Positions 39,801 to 48,552 of a DNA stretch of 64,000 nt are shown one piece after another. The notes beneath the pieces were generated by a model. It searched no databases. It was not told the DNA's origin and saw only the letters and a list, made by a program, of their open reading frames with translations. The position numbers and the translations under genes were made by a program. The stretch's first letter is position 1. Each line of letters begins with the position of its first letter. The DNA lies in the NCBI GenBank assembly GCA_039815185.1, contig JBCBZT010000011.1:64001-128000 (forward strand), given 5' to 3'. The stretch comes from Cyanobacteria bacterium P01_A01_bin.123 (GTDB taxonomy: Bacteria > Cyanobacteriota > Cyanobacteriia > Phormidesmidales > Phormidesmidaceae).

Positions 39801-40537
39801 GCTGTGGGGTTTCTGAGTTATTGACTGCCCAGATTCGACGGCTCTTGTCTCTAGCCGACTACCTTGTGAAAAAGAGTGTCTGGATTGTCGGGGGTGACGG
39901 TTGGGCCTATGACATTGGTTATGGCGGATTAGATCACGTCCTGGCAAGCGATCGCAACGTCAACATCCTCGTCCTCGACACCGAAGTCTACTCCAACACA
40001 GGGGGTCAACAATCCAAAGCCACCCCTAAAGGAGCTGTCGCCAAGTTCGCCGCCGCTGGCAAAACTACTAGTAAAAAAGACCTGGGTCTGATGGCCATGA
40101 CCTACGGCAGCGCCTACGTTGCCAGCGTCGCCATGGGTGCCCGCGACGAACACACCCTCAAAGCCTTTCTAGAAGCCGAATCTTACAACGGCCCTTCTCT
40201 AATCATCGCCTACGCCCACTGCATTGCCCACGGCATCAACATGGCCACGGCCATGCACCATCAAAAAGCGATCGTCGAGTCAGGCCGCTGGCTACTCTAC
40301 CGCTACGATCCTCGTCGCCGCGCCACTAGCCAAAATCCCTTGGTAGTCGATAGCCGTGCCCCCAACTTGCCTGTGGAGCAATCCATGTATGCCGAAAACC
40401 GGTTCAAGATGCTGACTCACAGCCATCCTCAAACTGCGAAAAAACTGCTTCAGCAAGTTCAACAAGACGTACAGACTCGGTGGCAGCTTTATCAGTCGCT
40501 AGCGGATCTGAATAGTGGGAAAGCGCAGAGGGAGTGA
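36803..40537 (+). CDS. nifJ: Pyruvate:ferredoxin (flavodoxin) oxidoreductase
   Basis: YPITP, FFDGFRTSHE, two CxxCxxC ferredoxin motifs, GACAGCGE, GGDGWAYDIG. Confidence 0.97.
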   Translation: MTTAISRQSTFATLDGNEAVARIAYALNEVIAIYPITPASPMGEWADAWAAGGQPNLWGTVPSIAEMQSEGGVAGVVHGALQTGSLTTTFTASQGLLLMLPNLHKIAGELTPCVIHVAARSVAAQALSIFGDHSDVMAARGTGFGLLCSASVQEAQDMAAIATATSLASRVPFIHFFDGFRTSHEIQKIKLLAEDDLRVMIDDKLIVQHRQRALSPDHPVIRGTAQNPDVFFQAREAVNLYYDHCTDVVAKVMDTFAQLTGRQYRPFEYYGSPGAERVIVLMGSGCETVQATVDALNEQGENVGMVKVRLYRPFDAEWLATVLPKTVKALSVLDRTKEPGSAGEPLYLDVLTALLEQRFTTPDNAFPVVVGGRYGLSSKEFTPAMVVAVFDNLLLDGFQDNCPEPKNHFTIGIDDDVTHTSLRYDSAFSIEPEQTIRAIFYGLGSDGTVGANKNTIKIIGETTDHYAQGYFVYDSKKSGSVTTSHLRFGPELIHAPYLVNRANFVACHQWMLLDQLDILDPAIAGATFLLNSPYTPEETWHQLPIRTQAQIIQKQLQVYAINAYQVAREVGMGGRINTVMQTCFFALSKILPETEAIAAIKHSIRKTYAKKGEAIVAMNLQAVDQTLQHLYEVSMPQAAADMTIPSLKSPVPETAPTFVQTVLGQMMQRQGDAIPVSALPCDGTYPTDTAQWEKRNIAQAIPVWDSDVCVQCGKCVMVCPHGVIRSKVYDPKQLKDAPSSFKHTTAREWVGQAFTIQVAAEDCTGCGICVDVCPAKNKAIPRLKAINMTPVYQTASASKRSASKTSASETDLSVQRNGTHPLLDLRQQEKPNWDFFLQLPNPDRQQLNLHKISQQQMQEPLFEFSGACAGCGETPYLKLLTQLFGDRLLVANATGCSSIYGGNLPTTPWSQNAEGRGPAWSNSLFEDNAEFGLGFRVSIDKQADYAAELLKQIADAEEGQSALPTLARQILQAQQLDESDIVEQRQRVTQLKAMLTELIRCGVSELLTAQIRRLLSLADYLVKKSVWIVGGDGWAYDIGYGGLDHVLASDRNVNILVLDTEVYSNTGGQQSKATPKGAVAKFAAAGKTTSKKDLGLMAMTYGSAYVASVAMGARDEHTLKAFLEAESYNGPSLIIAYAHCIAHGINMATAMHHQKAIVESGRWLLYRYDPRRRATSQNPLVVDSRAPNLPVEQSMYAENRFKMLTHSHPQTAKKLLQQVQQDVQTRWQLYQSLADLNSGKAQRE
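39186..39230 (+). repeat. 3 x 15-bp in-frame repeat within nifJ
   Basis: CCTCGGCCTCTAAGA GGTCAGCCTCTAAGA CCTCAGCCTCTGAGA. Confidence 0.75.
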
Positions 40538-40608
40538 TGGGGAGGAGTGTTGCATTGGTTCTGCCTTTTACCTGCTGTCCTGACAAAACCCATTGAGGAA
40601 TTCAACCC

Positions 40609-41529
40609 ATGAAATTGAATCTGCTGAAATGGAAATCCTTTAGATGGTGGGTAATTGCCCTCCTTGCGCTGCTCTGGGCACTTTGGGTCAGCGGCAGCTA
40701 CCTGCCCGCATTGGCCAGCCCCGCCGACCAAGACAGCTTTATAGTCGGTGGCGATCTCGTTATTACCGAAGGTCAGACGGTCAACGATGCCTTTGCCGTT
40801 GGCGGCAACCTCACCATTCAGGCAAACGCCTCTGTTCAGGGCGATGCCTTTGCCATTGGCGGCAATGTCCAACTGGAAGAAAACGCTCAAGTGGAAAGCG
40901 ATGTTTTCGCCATTGGTGGCCGAGTGATTCGAGCCGAAAGCGCTGTGGTAAACGGCAGCGAATTTACCGTGCTAGAAAGATTCAGTGGTCTATTTGAACG
41001 CTTTGGTGTACTTGGCACTCTCTACCTGGCCAATGTAGTGTTCTGGTTGATGAGTTTTGTGGTAGCTGCGATCGCCGGGTGTCTGCTGCTATTGCTACTA
41101 CCTAGACAGATTAATACGATTACAACCGCTATCCACGTCCACCCCTTGGCTAGCCTGCTCTATGGCATCGGTGGCGTCGCAGCCCTAACCGTGCTGACTG
41201 TCCTCACTTCGGGTAGCGTCCTAGGTGCTATTCTTTTGCCTTTGATCAATCTGGTTGCCCTGCTGACCGGCATCGTGGGTGGCACTGCTATCTGCGTTTG
41301 GCTAGGCAAACAGCCCCAGCGACAAAAGCCTAAGGCCCACTTCCAGCACTTTGGGTTGGGCCTAATGGTGTTGTTCGTCATCAGCTTGATTCCCTTGGTT
41401 GGGGGGCTGCTGGTGAGCTTTGTTTATCTGTTTGGCTTCGGGGCTACGCTGCTGGCCCGCTATGGAACCCAGCCTATCACTGACCGTCCCCCTGCGGCCC
41501 TGGATCGGCTAGATCATCAAACTGAATAG
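40609..41529 (+). CDS. Membrane protein with beta-helix (bactofilin/polymer-forming-like) repeats
   Basis: Signal/TM segment, repeated (V)xDAFAxGGx units of about 18 aa, several C-terminal TM helices. Confidence 0.7.
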   Translation: MKLNLLKWKSFRWWVIALLALLWALWVSGSYLPALASPADQDSFIVGGDLVITEGQTVNDAFAVGGNLTIQANASVQGDAFAIGGNVQLEENAQVESDVFAIGGRVIRAESAVVNGSEFTVLERFSGLFERFGVLGTLYLANVVFWLMSFVVAAIAGCLLLLLLPRQINTITTAIHVHPLASLLYGIGGVAALTVLTVLTSGSVLGAILLPLINLVALLTGIVGGTAICVWLGKQPQRQKPKAHFQHFGLGLMVLFVISLIPLVGGLLVSFVYLFGFGATLLARYGTQPITDRPPAALDRLDHQTE

Positions 41530-41607
41530 AGCATATTCGAGATTTTGGCTGAATTTTAGAGTTTAGATTTTGGATTGTAGAAAGTTCCCCCACTCCCCCA
41601 CTTCCCT

Positions 41608-42624
41608 ATGCTCTCCACCATCTACCTCGGCCTTAACCTCCACTCGCCTTTAGTCGTCGGTGCCTGTGGCCCCCTGACTGAAAATCTCAGTCACCTGCGT
41701 CAGATGGAGGACGCTGGAGCCGGGGCGATTGTTCTCCACTCTCTGTTTGAAGAACAGCTCCAGAAAGACAGCTTCGAGCTGGAATATTACCTAACTCAGA
41801 GCACCGAGAGTTACGCCGAAGCCCTCACCTACTTTCCCCATCAGCCCCTTTTCCATGTCAATGCTGAAACTTATCTAGACCATATCCAGGCAGCTAAGGC
41901 GATGGTCGATATTCCCATCATTGCTAGCCTCAACGGCAATACCCCCGGCGGTTGGACTGACTATGCCGAGCAGATTGAAGCCGCTGGGGCTGATGCTTTG
42001 GAGCTCAATATCTATGCCGTACCCACTAACCCCAACCAGACGGCAGCCCAGATTGAGCAGTCCTATCTCGACATCGTCCGAGCCGTAACCTATGCCGTTA
42101 ATATCCCTGTCGCTGTCAAACTCAGCCCCTATTTCACTAATCTGGCCAATTTTGCCCATCGACTCTCAAATGCTGGCGTTAATGGTCTGGTTCTATTCAA
42201 TCGGTTTTATCAACCCGACATTGACCTGGAAGCACTGGATGTCTCTCCCCACGCCTTGCTTAGTACGCCCCAAGATTTGCGCCTACCCCTGCGGTGGATT
42301 GCAATTTTGTACGGCACGTTGCCCTTAGATTTTGCCGCAACAGGTGGCGTTCATCGAGCTCAGGATGTGATCAAACTGTTGATGGCCGGCGCTAATGTTA
42401 CCCAGATGGTGAGTGCCCTGCTGCGTCACGGTATCGATCACCTGCATACCGTAGAAAAAGACATGCAAGGCTGGTTGCAAGAACACAGATATGACTCAAT
42501 TCAGGATCTCCAGGGCAGCATGAGTCAGATCTACTGCCCCGACCCTGGTGCTTTTGAACGCGCCCAATATGTCAAATCGATTCAGACCTATCAAAGGCAT
42601 CACTTGTCAGGAATGGCAGGTTGA
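41608..42624 (+). CDS. Dihydroorotate dehydrogenase-like flavoprotein (NifJ-associated)
   Basis: SLFEEQ, IIASLNG, LELNIY, AVKLSPYF, LFNRFYQPD, FERAQY. Confidence 0.9.
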   Translation: MLSTIYLGLNLHSPLVVGACGPLTENLSHLRQMEDAGAGAIVLHSLFEEQLQKDSFELEYYLTQSTESYAEALTYFPHQPLFHVNAETYLDHIQAAKAMVDIPIIASLNGNTPGGWTDYAEQIEAAGADALELNIYAVPTNPNQTAAQIEQSYLDIVRAVTYAVNIPVAVKLSPYFTNLANFAHRLSNAGVNGLVLFNRFYQPDIDLEALDVSPHALLSTPQDLRLPLRWIAILYGTLPLDFAATGGVHRAQDVIKLLMAGANVTQMVSALLRHGIDHLHTVEKDMQGWLQEHRYDSIQDLQGSMSQIYCPDPGAFERAQYVKSIQTYQRHHLSGMAG

Positions 42625-42722
42625 AAAGAGACATCAAACATCAGCCCCCCTCTCCCCTCATCCCCCCAACCCTTTGAGAAACCGCTACCACATCTGTACC
42701 CCTCCCTCCCTCTCTCCTGCCC

Positions 42723-44051
42723 ATGCTCCCCTCAACCCTCCTCCCCAAGAAAATTGGCATTCTCACCAGCGGCGGCGACTGTCCTGGCCTCAATGCAGCC
42801 ATTCGAGCTGTCGTTAAATGTGCTACTGGGCGTGGTTGGGAAGTCTATGGCATTCCCTACGGGACACAAGGGTTCATCAACCTAGAACAGGGAAACTGCG
42901 GTGTTCAGGATTTGCGACTAAAAGACCACGGCTTCGACATTCCAGGTATGCTCCACGGTGTCGATATTCTCCAATTCTTGAGTGGCAGCATTCTTGGCGC
43001 ATTGAATAAAGGCGACCCTAGCGATCCCCATATTGCTCAAGAGATTCTCGATGGCTATCGGTTACTCGAACTCGATGCCCTAGTTACCCTGGGCGGTGAC
43101 GGCAGCCTCGACATTATTAATGATTTAGCCGAGCAGGGCAACTGGAACTGGATCGCGATTCCCAAAACAATTGATAACGACGTCCCATTTACTGAGCGCT
43201 GCCTCGGCTTCGATACGGCGGTCGATACGGTCACCCGCGCCCTCTATGACCTTACCTTTACCGCCGCTAGCCACAGTCGCATCATCGTGGTGCAGGTAAT
43301 GGGACGTGATGCCGGGCACCTGGCATTACAGGCTGGCATTGCCGGTGGTGCAGACGTGATTTTGATTCCAGAGCTGACTCCGAGAATTGATGACAGGATC
43401 CTTGATGGAATTTGCCAGCAGATTATGAAACTCCGACAGGCCGATCGTCAGTTTGCGTTGGTTGTCATTGCAGAAGGGGTTCACAATCAGACTGGGGTCA
43501 AAGAAAAATATATTGGCGATTACTTGGCCCAGCAGATTCAACACCATAGCAATCACCTTTGCCAGACGGGGTTGCCCGAATTCTGCTATGCAGAATACTT
43601 TGCCAATCGCTTGGCCCAGCAAATCCAATCCTACGGCAAACAACTGTGTCAGAATGGGTTGCCCGAACTTTGCTATCTCAAAAATTTAGAAACACGAGCC
43701 ACAACCCTAGGCCATATTCAGCGCAGCAGCGTGCCATCCTCCTTTGATCGTCTGCTCGCCGCCGCCTTTGGTCGCAAGGCGGTTGAGTTGATTGCAGCGG
43801 AACAATATCAGCAATTAGTGATTTGGGCCCAGGGTCGGGTCGAGAGCAAACCCCTTGACGCGGTAATGCCGTTAATTAAGCAGCGGCATCAAGCCCATCG
43901 TTGTCCCAGCCCAGTAGAACCTGACGATTCTTGGGTGCAGACAGCCCGTGATTTAGGGATTTATATGGGCGACCCTGTGGATTTATCGATAGACAGGTCG
44001 GCTTTGATCACCCTCCCTTCCGAGGCAACAGGGCATGAAATATGTCAATGA
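42723..44051 (+). CDS. pfkA: 6-phosphofructokinase
   Basis: [38 protein letters not shown]. Confidence 0.93.
   Translation: MLPSTLLPKKIGILTSGGDCPGLNAAIRAVVKCATGRGWEVYGIPYGTQGFINLEQGNCGVQDLRLKDHGFDIPGMLHGVDILQFLSGSILGALNKGDPSDPHIAQEILDGYRLLELDALVTLGGDGSLDIINDLAEQGNWNWIAIPKTIDNDVPFTERCLGFDTAVDTVTRALYDLTFTAASHSRIIVVQVMGRDAGHLALQAGIAGGADVILIPELTPRIDDRILDGICQQIMKLRQADRQFALVVIAEGVHNQTGVKEKYIGDYLAQQIQHHSNHLCQTGLPEFCYAEYFANRLAQQIQSYGKQLCQNGLPELCYLKNLETRATTLGHIQRSSVPSSFDRLLAAAFGRKAVELIAAEQYQQLVIWAQGRVESKPLDAVMPLIKQRHQAHRCPSPVEPDDSWVQTARDLGIYMGDPVDLSIDRSALITLPSEATGHEICQ
43503..43676 (+). repeat. 87-bp (29-aa) tandem duplication within pfkA
   Basis: [22 protein letters not shown] versus [22 protein letters not shown], offset 87 nt. 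Confidence 0.85.
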
Positions 44052-45135
44052 GTATCGTGATGAAACACTCGTTCAAGAGTATGTCAGGGCGATCGCATCG
44101 CTGATCACCCAACCCTGGACCCTGATGGAAATTTGTGGCGGCCAGACCCACACCATCGTTAAATATGGCCTCGACCAACTGCTGCCTGCCGAAATCACGT
44201 TGATTCATGGGCCTGGCTGTCCGGTCTGTGTTACCGATACTGCCCTGATCGATCAAGCACTTACTCTAGCAGCCCAACCCGACATCATCTTTTGCTCCTA
44301 TGGCGATATGTTGCGGGTGCCAGGTACCGCCACGGATTTACTGAGTGTTAAGGCTCAGGGCGGTGACGTGCGAATCGTCTACTCTCCTCTAGATGCTTTA
44401 GCCTTGGCCCGCAGTCACCCAGACCGAGAGGTGGTGTTTTTTGCCGTTGGGTTTGAAACCACCGCCCCAGCTACGGCTATGGCAGTCTACCAGGCTCATC
44501 AGCAACAAATTGAGAACTTTTCAGTGTTAATTGCCCATGTGCTTGTTCCCCCAGCAATGGAGGCGATTTTGGCCTCCCCTGACTGTCGGGTGCAGGGCTT
44601 TTTAGCGGCTGGTCATGTTTGTACAGTAATGGGATATGGAGAGTACCATGCGATCGCCCATAAGTATCATGTCCCTATTGTGGTGACTGGCTTTGAACCT
44701 GTTGATATCTTGCAAGGTGTTTATCTCTGTTTACAACAGCTAGAAGCAGGATGTGCTGAGATTGACAATCAATATGCTCGATCTGTTCAAGCCCAAGGCA
44801 ATCTGCTGGCACAACACCTCATGGAGCAGGTTTTTCAGATTGTTCCTCGAGTGTGGCGGGGGCTGGGCAGTCTGACCCAGAGTGGCTTAGGACTTAAGAA
44901 ACCCTATGATTACCTGGATGTCCAGGTGCGGTTTGCAGACCGACTTCGCTTCCAGACTGATCTCCTGAGTGTGGATAACACCTGCATTAGCGGTCTCGTG
45001 TTGCAGGGTTTGAAAAAGCCCCGTGACTGTCCTGCCTTTGGAACGCGTTGCCGCCCCGAACATCCCCTTGGGGCTCCAATGGTGTCTTCGGAGGGAGCCT
45101 GTGCAGCCTACTATCGCTATCGCTCAGCGTCATAA
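44035..45135 (+). CDS. hypD: Hydrogenase maturation protein HypD
   Basis: [39 protein letters not shown]. Confidence 0.96.
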   Translation: MKYVNEYRDETLVQEYVRAIASLITQPWTLMEICGGQTHTIVKYGLDQLLPAEITLIHGPGCPVCVTDTALIDQALTLAAQPDIIFCSYGDMLRVPGTATDLLSVKAQGGDVRIVYSPLDALALARSHPDREVVFFAVGFETTAPATAMAVYQAHQQQIENFSVLIAHVLVPPAMEAILASPDCRVQGFLAAGHVCTVMGYGEYHAIAHKYHVPIVVTGFEPVDILQGVYLCLQQLEAGCAEIDNQYARSVQAQGNLLAQHLMEQVFQIVPRVWRGLGSLTQSGLGLKKPYDYLDVQVRFADRLRFQTDLLSVDNTCISGLVLQGLKKPRDCPAFGTRCRPEHPLGAPMVSSEGACAAYYRYRSAS

Positions 45136-45199
45136 GTTCCTCGCCTTTTTTCGTTTTGGAGGTGAAGCTGAGTTCTGTGGATGCCCCATCCATATCCAC

Positions 45200-45733
45200 A
45201 TGTTTAAGGCTCAGATAATCTTTATTTCATAAGTTGTAACTGGTGTTGCGTTAGTTATAGGATACTTTGGATTTACTAGCCTTTACCAAATACCTAAAGC
45301 TGTTAAAGATGCTGTGCCAGAGGTAATTAATCGTGCCCTGCCAAGAGCTGTTGAAGAAGCAGTTCCAGGGGCAGTTCAAAGCCATTTAGATAGTCAATTT
45401 GGAGATGAATTTAAAGAAATTATAAGAGAGACTGAAAAAACAGTAAGTGTTGCTGTAACGAATACAGCAGAAAGTGCTGAGGAAGCACAAAATCTTGCCA
45501 ATGAATTAAAAGCTCTCGTCGATGAATTAAAGACCAAATCTGAACCATTCACAGCAGCTAATCACGGCTATAGCCAATGTGAGTGGGTTGAAGTGGGCTA
45601 TGACAAGAGTCATGAAAGTACTGAAGACTGGTGTGCAGAAGGATTCTTTATTACCCAGCTCGATTTGAGCGGCGGAGAACGCCCCCCAGGTAGTTGGCCT
45701 GTTGTAGGACAAGCTCTATGCTGTTCACCGTAA
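45200..45733 (+). pseudogene. AT-rich membrane-anchored protein gene with premature stop
   Basis: MFKAQIIFIS*VVTGVALVIGYFG... stays in frame with ORF 45314-45733; TAA at 45230-45232 interrupts the TM helix. Confidence 0.5.
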
Positions 45734-45780
45734 GGCTCTCAGATCGCGCTTTTAGCCAAAACATCAAGTCTTGACATACC

Positions 45781-46317
45781 CTAAGTATTGCAAATCAAGT
45801 ATTCGCAAGTCCCCACAGTCATCCACTGCTCTAGCACCTCTGAGGAGATTATCAGGGTAGCTGGGGAGCCCGCTTGCATGGGAATTGCTAACTGCAGCGA
45901 TCGCTCATTTTTGAGCTCAGGTAGTAGGGCCTGAATATCATACTGGCAACCAATCGGCTCAGGTAGCACACCGATGAAAAATTGGCGCGTCACATTGGGT
46001 GCGCTGAGTTGCTTATCCAAGACCAGGTTGAGAATCAAGGGTTGGGTTGCATCAAGATGGATAGTCTGCGACTGCGTGATAAGCCGTAAATCAACCCCCC
46101 GACGCCTGCCTTCCATTTGCTTTAAGACGGTCACCTGCCAGAGGTTGCCGTCTGTATCTGGCAAGACGTGTTGGGCTTGATAGACCCACTGATCAGCGTC
46201 TTCTAAAAGCTTTACTTTAGCTAGGGCAACCGGAGTAGACCACCCAACGATCAGCAATAGCGTTAGCCCTAGGATCACGAGCAGCTTCGCCAGCGTTTTG
46301 CAGAGACGAGGCTGCAT
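45781..46317 (-). CDS. Exported cyanobacterial protein (DUF3122-like)
   Basis: Signal peptide ending ALA; D..GNLWQV...K and QYDI motifs. Confidence 0.6.
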   Translation of the reverse strand: MQPRLCKTLAKLLVILGLTLLLIVGWSTPVALAKVKLLEDADQWVYQAQHVLPDTDGNLWQVTVLKQMEGRRRGVDLRLITQSQTIHLDATQPLILNLVLDKQLSAPNVTRQFFIGVLPEPIGCQYDIQALLPELKNERSLQLAIPMQAGSPATLIISSEVLEQWMTVGTCEYLICNT

Positions 46318-46399
46318 CGTTATGTGGAGAATTGTCGAAACTGCTGCACTGATCAGGCTTGCAGACTGACGGGTCAGCTTTCTCGCGATCGCGAGAAAG

Positions 46400-48370
46400 C
46401 TAAGAAGTCGTTTCATAGTGCCTGTCTCCTCCCAAATAGCTCAATAGCGGTTGGAGGCTATGCCCTTCCTGATTTAACCAGGCGGTTAGATCAGCTGGGG
46501 GCCGGATCTCCGCCAAGAAAGCTTTTAGAGTTTTGCCTTCAAGACTTTCTGTGTCGAGGAGAGTTTGGGCAATACGCTCCAGAACATCCCGGTTTCGCAT
46601 CAAAATCTCTAGCGCCATCTGATGGGCTTGATCAATGAGATCCTTAATCTCACCGTCGATTACCTCTGACAGTTGAGGACTTACTGTCCGTCGCGGTTGT
46701 GACAACCCCTCCAAAAATTGCGACTGATTGCGATCAACCGCAACCGGGCCGAGGGTTTTGCTCATGCCATAGAGGGTGATGCAACGTTCAGCCAGATCAG
46801 TCGCCTTTTGAATATCATCACTGGCTCCCGTAGAAACTTTGCTAAATACCAGTTCCTCAGCTGCTCGCCCGCCGAGCAAGGTGGCTAATCGACCTCGAAT
46901 TTCATCTTCGATCATCAAAAACCGATCATCTTCTGGAAGCTGCAATGTGTAACCCAAAGCAGCTACCCCACGAGGCACAATTGAAATCTTCTCAACAATG
47001 CCAGCCCCAGGCATCAACGCGCCAACGATGGCATGGCCCGCTTCGTGATAAGCCACCGTGCGTTTTTCAAGCTCGTTGAGGATGCGTGATTTTTTCTCTA
47101 ACCCGGTAAGGATGCGCTCAATCGCCTCATTAAAATCGGCCAGGGTGACTGCGACTCGATTCTTGCGGGCCGCCAGCAGTGCCGCTTCATTCACCAAATT
47201 GGCCAGATCGGCACCCGCAAAACCGGGGGTACGGGCAGCCAGTTTGTCCAACACGACATCGTTAGCTAACTGGACATTTTTGGCATGCACCTGCAAAATG
47301 GCTGCTCGCCCCTGGCGATCGGGGCGGTCTACCACAATCCGTCGGTCAAATCGCCCTGCTCGCAGCAGCGCTGGATCGAGGACTTCAGGTCGGTTAGTCG
47401 CGGCCAGTAAAATCACCCCAGCATTGGGTTCAAAGCCATCCATCTCCGCCAGGAGTTGATTGAGGGTTTGTTCCCGTTCATCATTGCCTGCAAAGGGACC
47501 ATTGGCCGTGCGAGATTTGCCCAATGCATCTAGCTCATCAATGAAGACAATGCAGGGGGCTTGCTGCTTTGCCTGCTCAAACAGATCGCGCACCCGAGAT
47601 GCCCCGACCCCGACAAAGAGTTCAATAAATTCCGATGCAGAAATGCTAAAGAAAGGAACCGCTGCTTCTCCGGCGATCGCCCGCGCCAGTAGGGTTTTGC
47701 CCGTGCCTGGTGGCCCAACTAGCAAAACACCTTTGGGAATTTTGGCACCCAACCGCGTATACTTCGCCGCATTTCTCAAAAAGTCAACAATTTCTTGCAG
47801 CTCGGCTTTGGCCTCATCCACCCCCGCCACATCGTCAAAGGTGATACGGGTGCCCCCCTCTGAATAAATTCGTGCTTTGCTTTTACCCACATTGAGGGCA
47901 GCAGGCCCAGCCTGTGCTCGATTGGTAACCAAGTTCCAGATCAGCCACAGCATCACCAGCGGAAAGAGCAGTCCCATGAGACCACCTAGCCAGCCGCCGC
48001 TCTCAGCGGGTAAAGCGGTAATCTCAACCTCATGATTTCGAAGAATACGGGGTAAGTCTGCGTCTGCTGGCAGGGGGGTAGTAATCTGGGTTTCTGGTGC
48101 AGACGCTTCGCCGACATCAATGGCGGCAGGCGTTGTTTTGAGGGTGTACTCAATGCGGTTAGTCCCCACTTTAGCCGTGGCCACTTGACCACTTTCGACT
48201 TGATCAATAAATTCGCTGTAGGGTATTTCCGCTTGGCGCGGCACCCGAGTTATCGTCAGCATGATTAAAACCAGCCATATGAGCATCAAAGCTAGGCGGC
48301 TAATTTTCCTGACGCTAGATGGATCTTCTTCAGGAGTATTGGAACGACGTCTCAGGGGATGGTTTGGCAT
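46400..48370 (-). CDS. ftsH: ATP-dependent zinc metalloprotease FtsH (paralogue)
   Basis: Two TM helices, [32 protein letters not shown]. Confidence 0.96.
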   Translation of the reverse strand: MPNHPLRRRSNTPEEDPSSVRKISRLALMLIWLVLIMLTITRVPRQAEIPYSEFIDQVESGQVATAKVGTNRIEYTLKTTPAAIDVGEASAPETQITTPLPADADLPRILRNHEVEITALPAESGGWLGGLMGLLFPLVMLWLIWNLVTNRAQAGPAALNVGKSKARIYSEGGTRITFDDVAGVDEAKAELQEIVDFLRNAAKYTRLGAKIPKGVLLVGPPGTGKTLLARAIAGEAAVPFFSISASEFIELFVGVGASRVRDLFEQAKQQAPCIVFIDELDALGKSRTANGPFAGNDEREQTLNQLLAEMDGFEPNAGVILLAATNRPEVLDPALLRAGRFDRRIVVDRPDRQGRAAILQVHAKNVQLANDVVLDKLAARTPGFAGADLANLVNEAALLAARKNRVAVTLADFNEAIERILTGLEKKSRILNELEKRTVAYHEAGHAIVGALMPGAGIVEKISIVPRGVAALGYTLQLPEDDRFLMIEDEIRGRLATLLGGRAAEELVFSKVSTGASDDIQKATDLAERCITLYGMSKTLGPVAVDRNQSQFLEGLSQPRRTVSPQLSEVIDGEIKDLIDQAHQMALEILMRNRDVLERIAQTLLDTESLEGKTLKAFLAEIRPPADLTAWLNQEGHSLQPLLSYLGGDRHYETTS

Positions 48371-48466
48371 ATGACTGACGGATGAGCAATAACGCCTGAT
48401 AGCCTTTCGGCCAAAAAGGCTTATGTATAAGCCTTTTTGGCCAGGATTTATTGGTTGACTGTCTTT

Positions 48467-48498
48467 AGTGTAGAGATCAGATTTGGGGAACTTATGAG
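48467..48498 (-). promoter_or_regulatory. Direct-repeat box plus -10 (regulon motif), ftsH promoter
   Basis: CTCATAAGTTCCCCA-N11-TACACT. Confidence 0.75.
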
Positions 48499-48552
48499 TA
48501 CAGTGAGGTTCCAGCGCCTCCTCTTGTGATGTAGTGCTAGAAACTCAAGTTT

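Noticed and set aside
47058..47867. Long plus-strand ORFs opposite ftsH (and similar ones opposite nifJ, fad and SPFH genes)
   Set aside because: Antisense frames of well-supported genes
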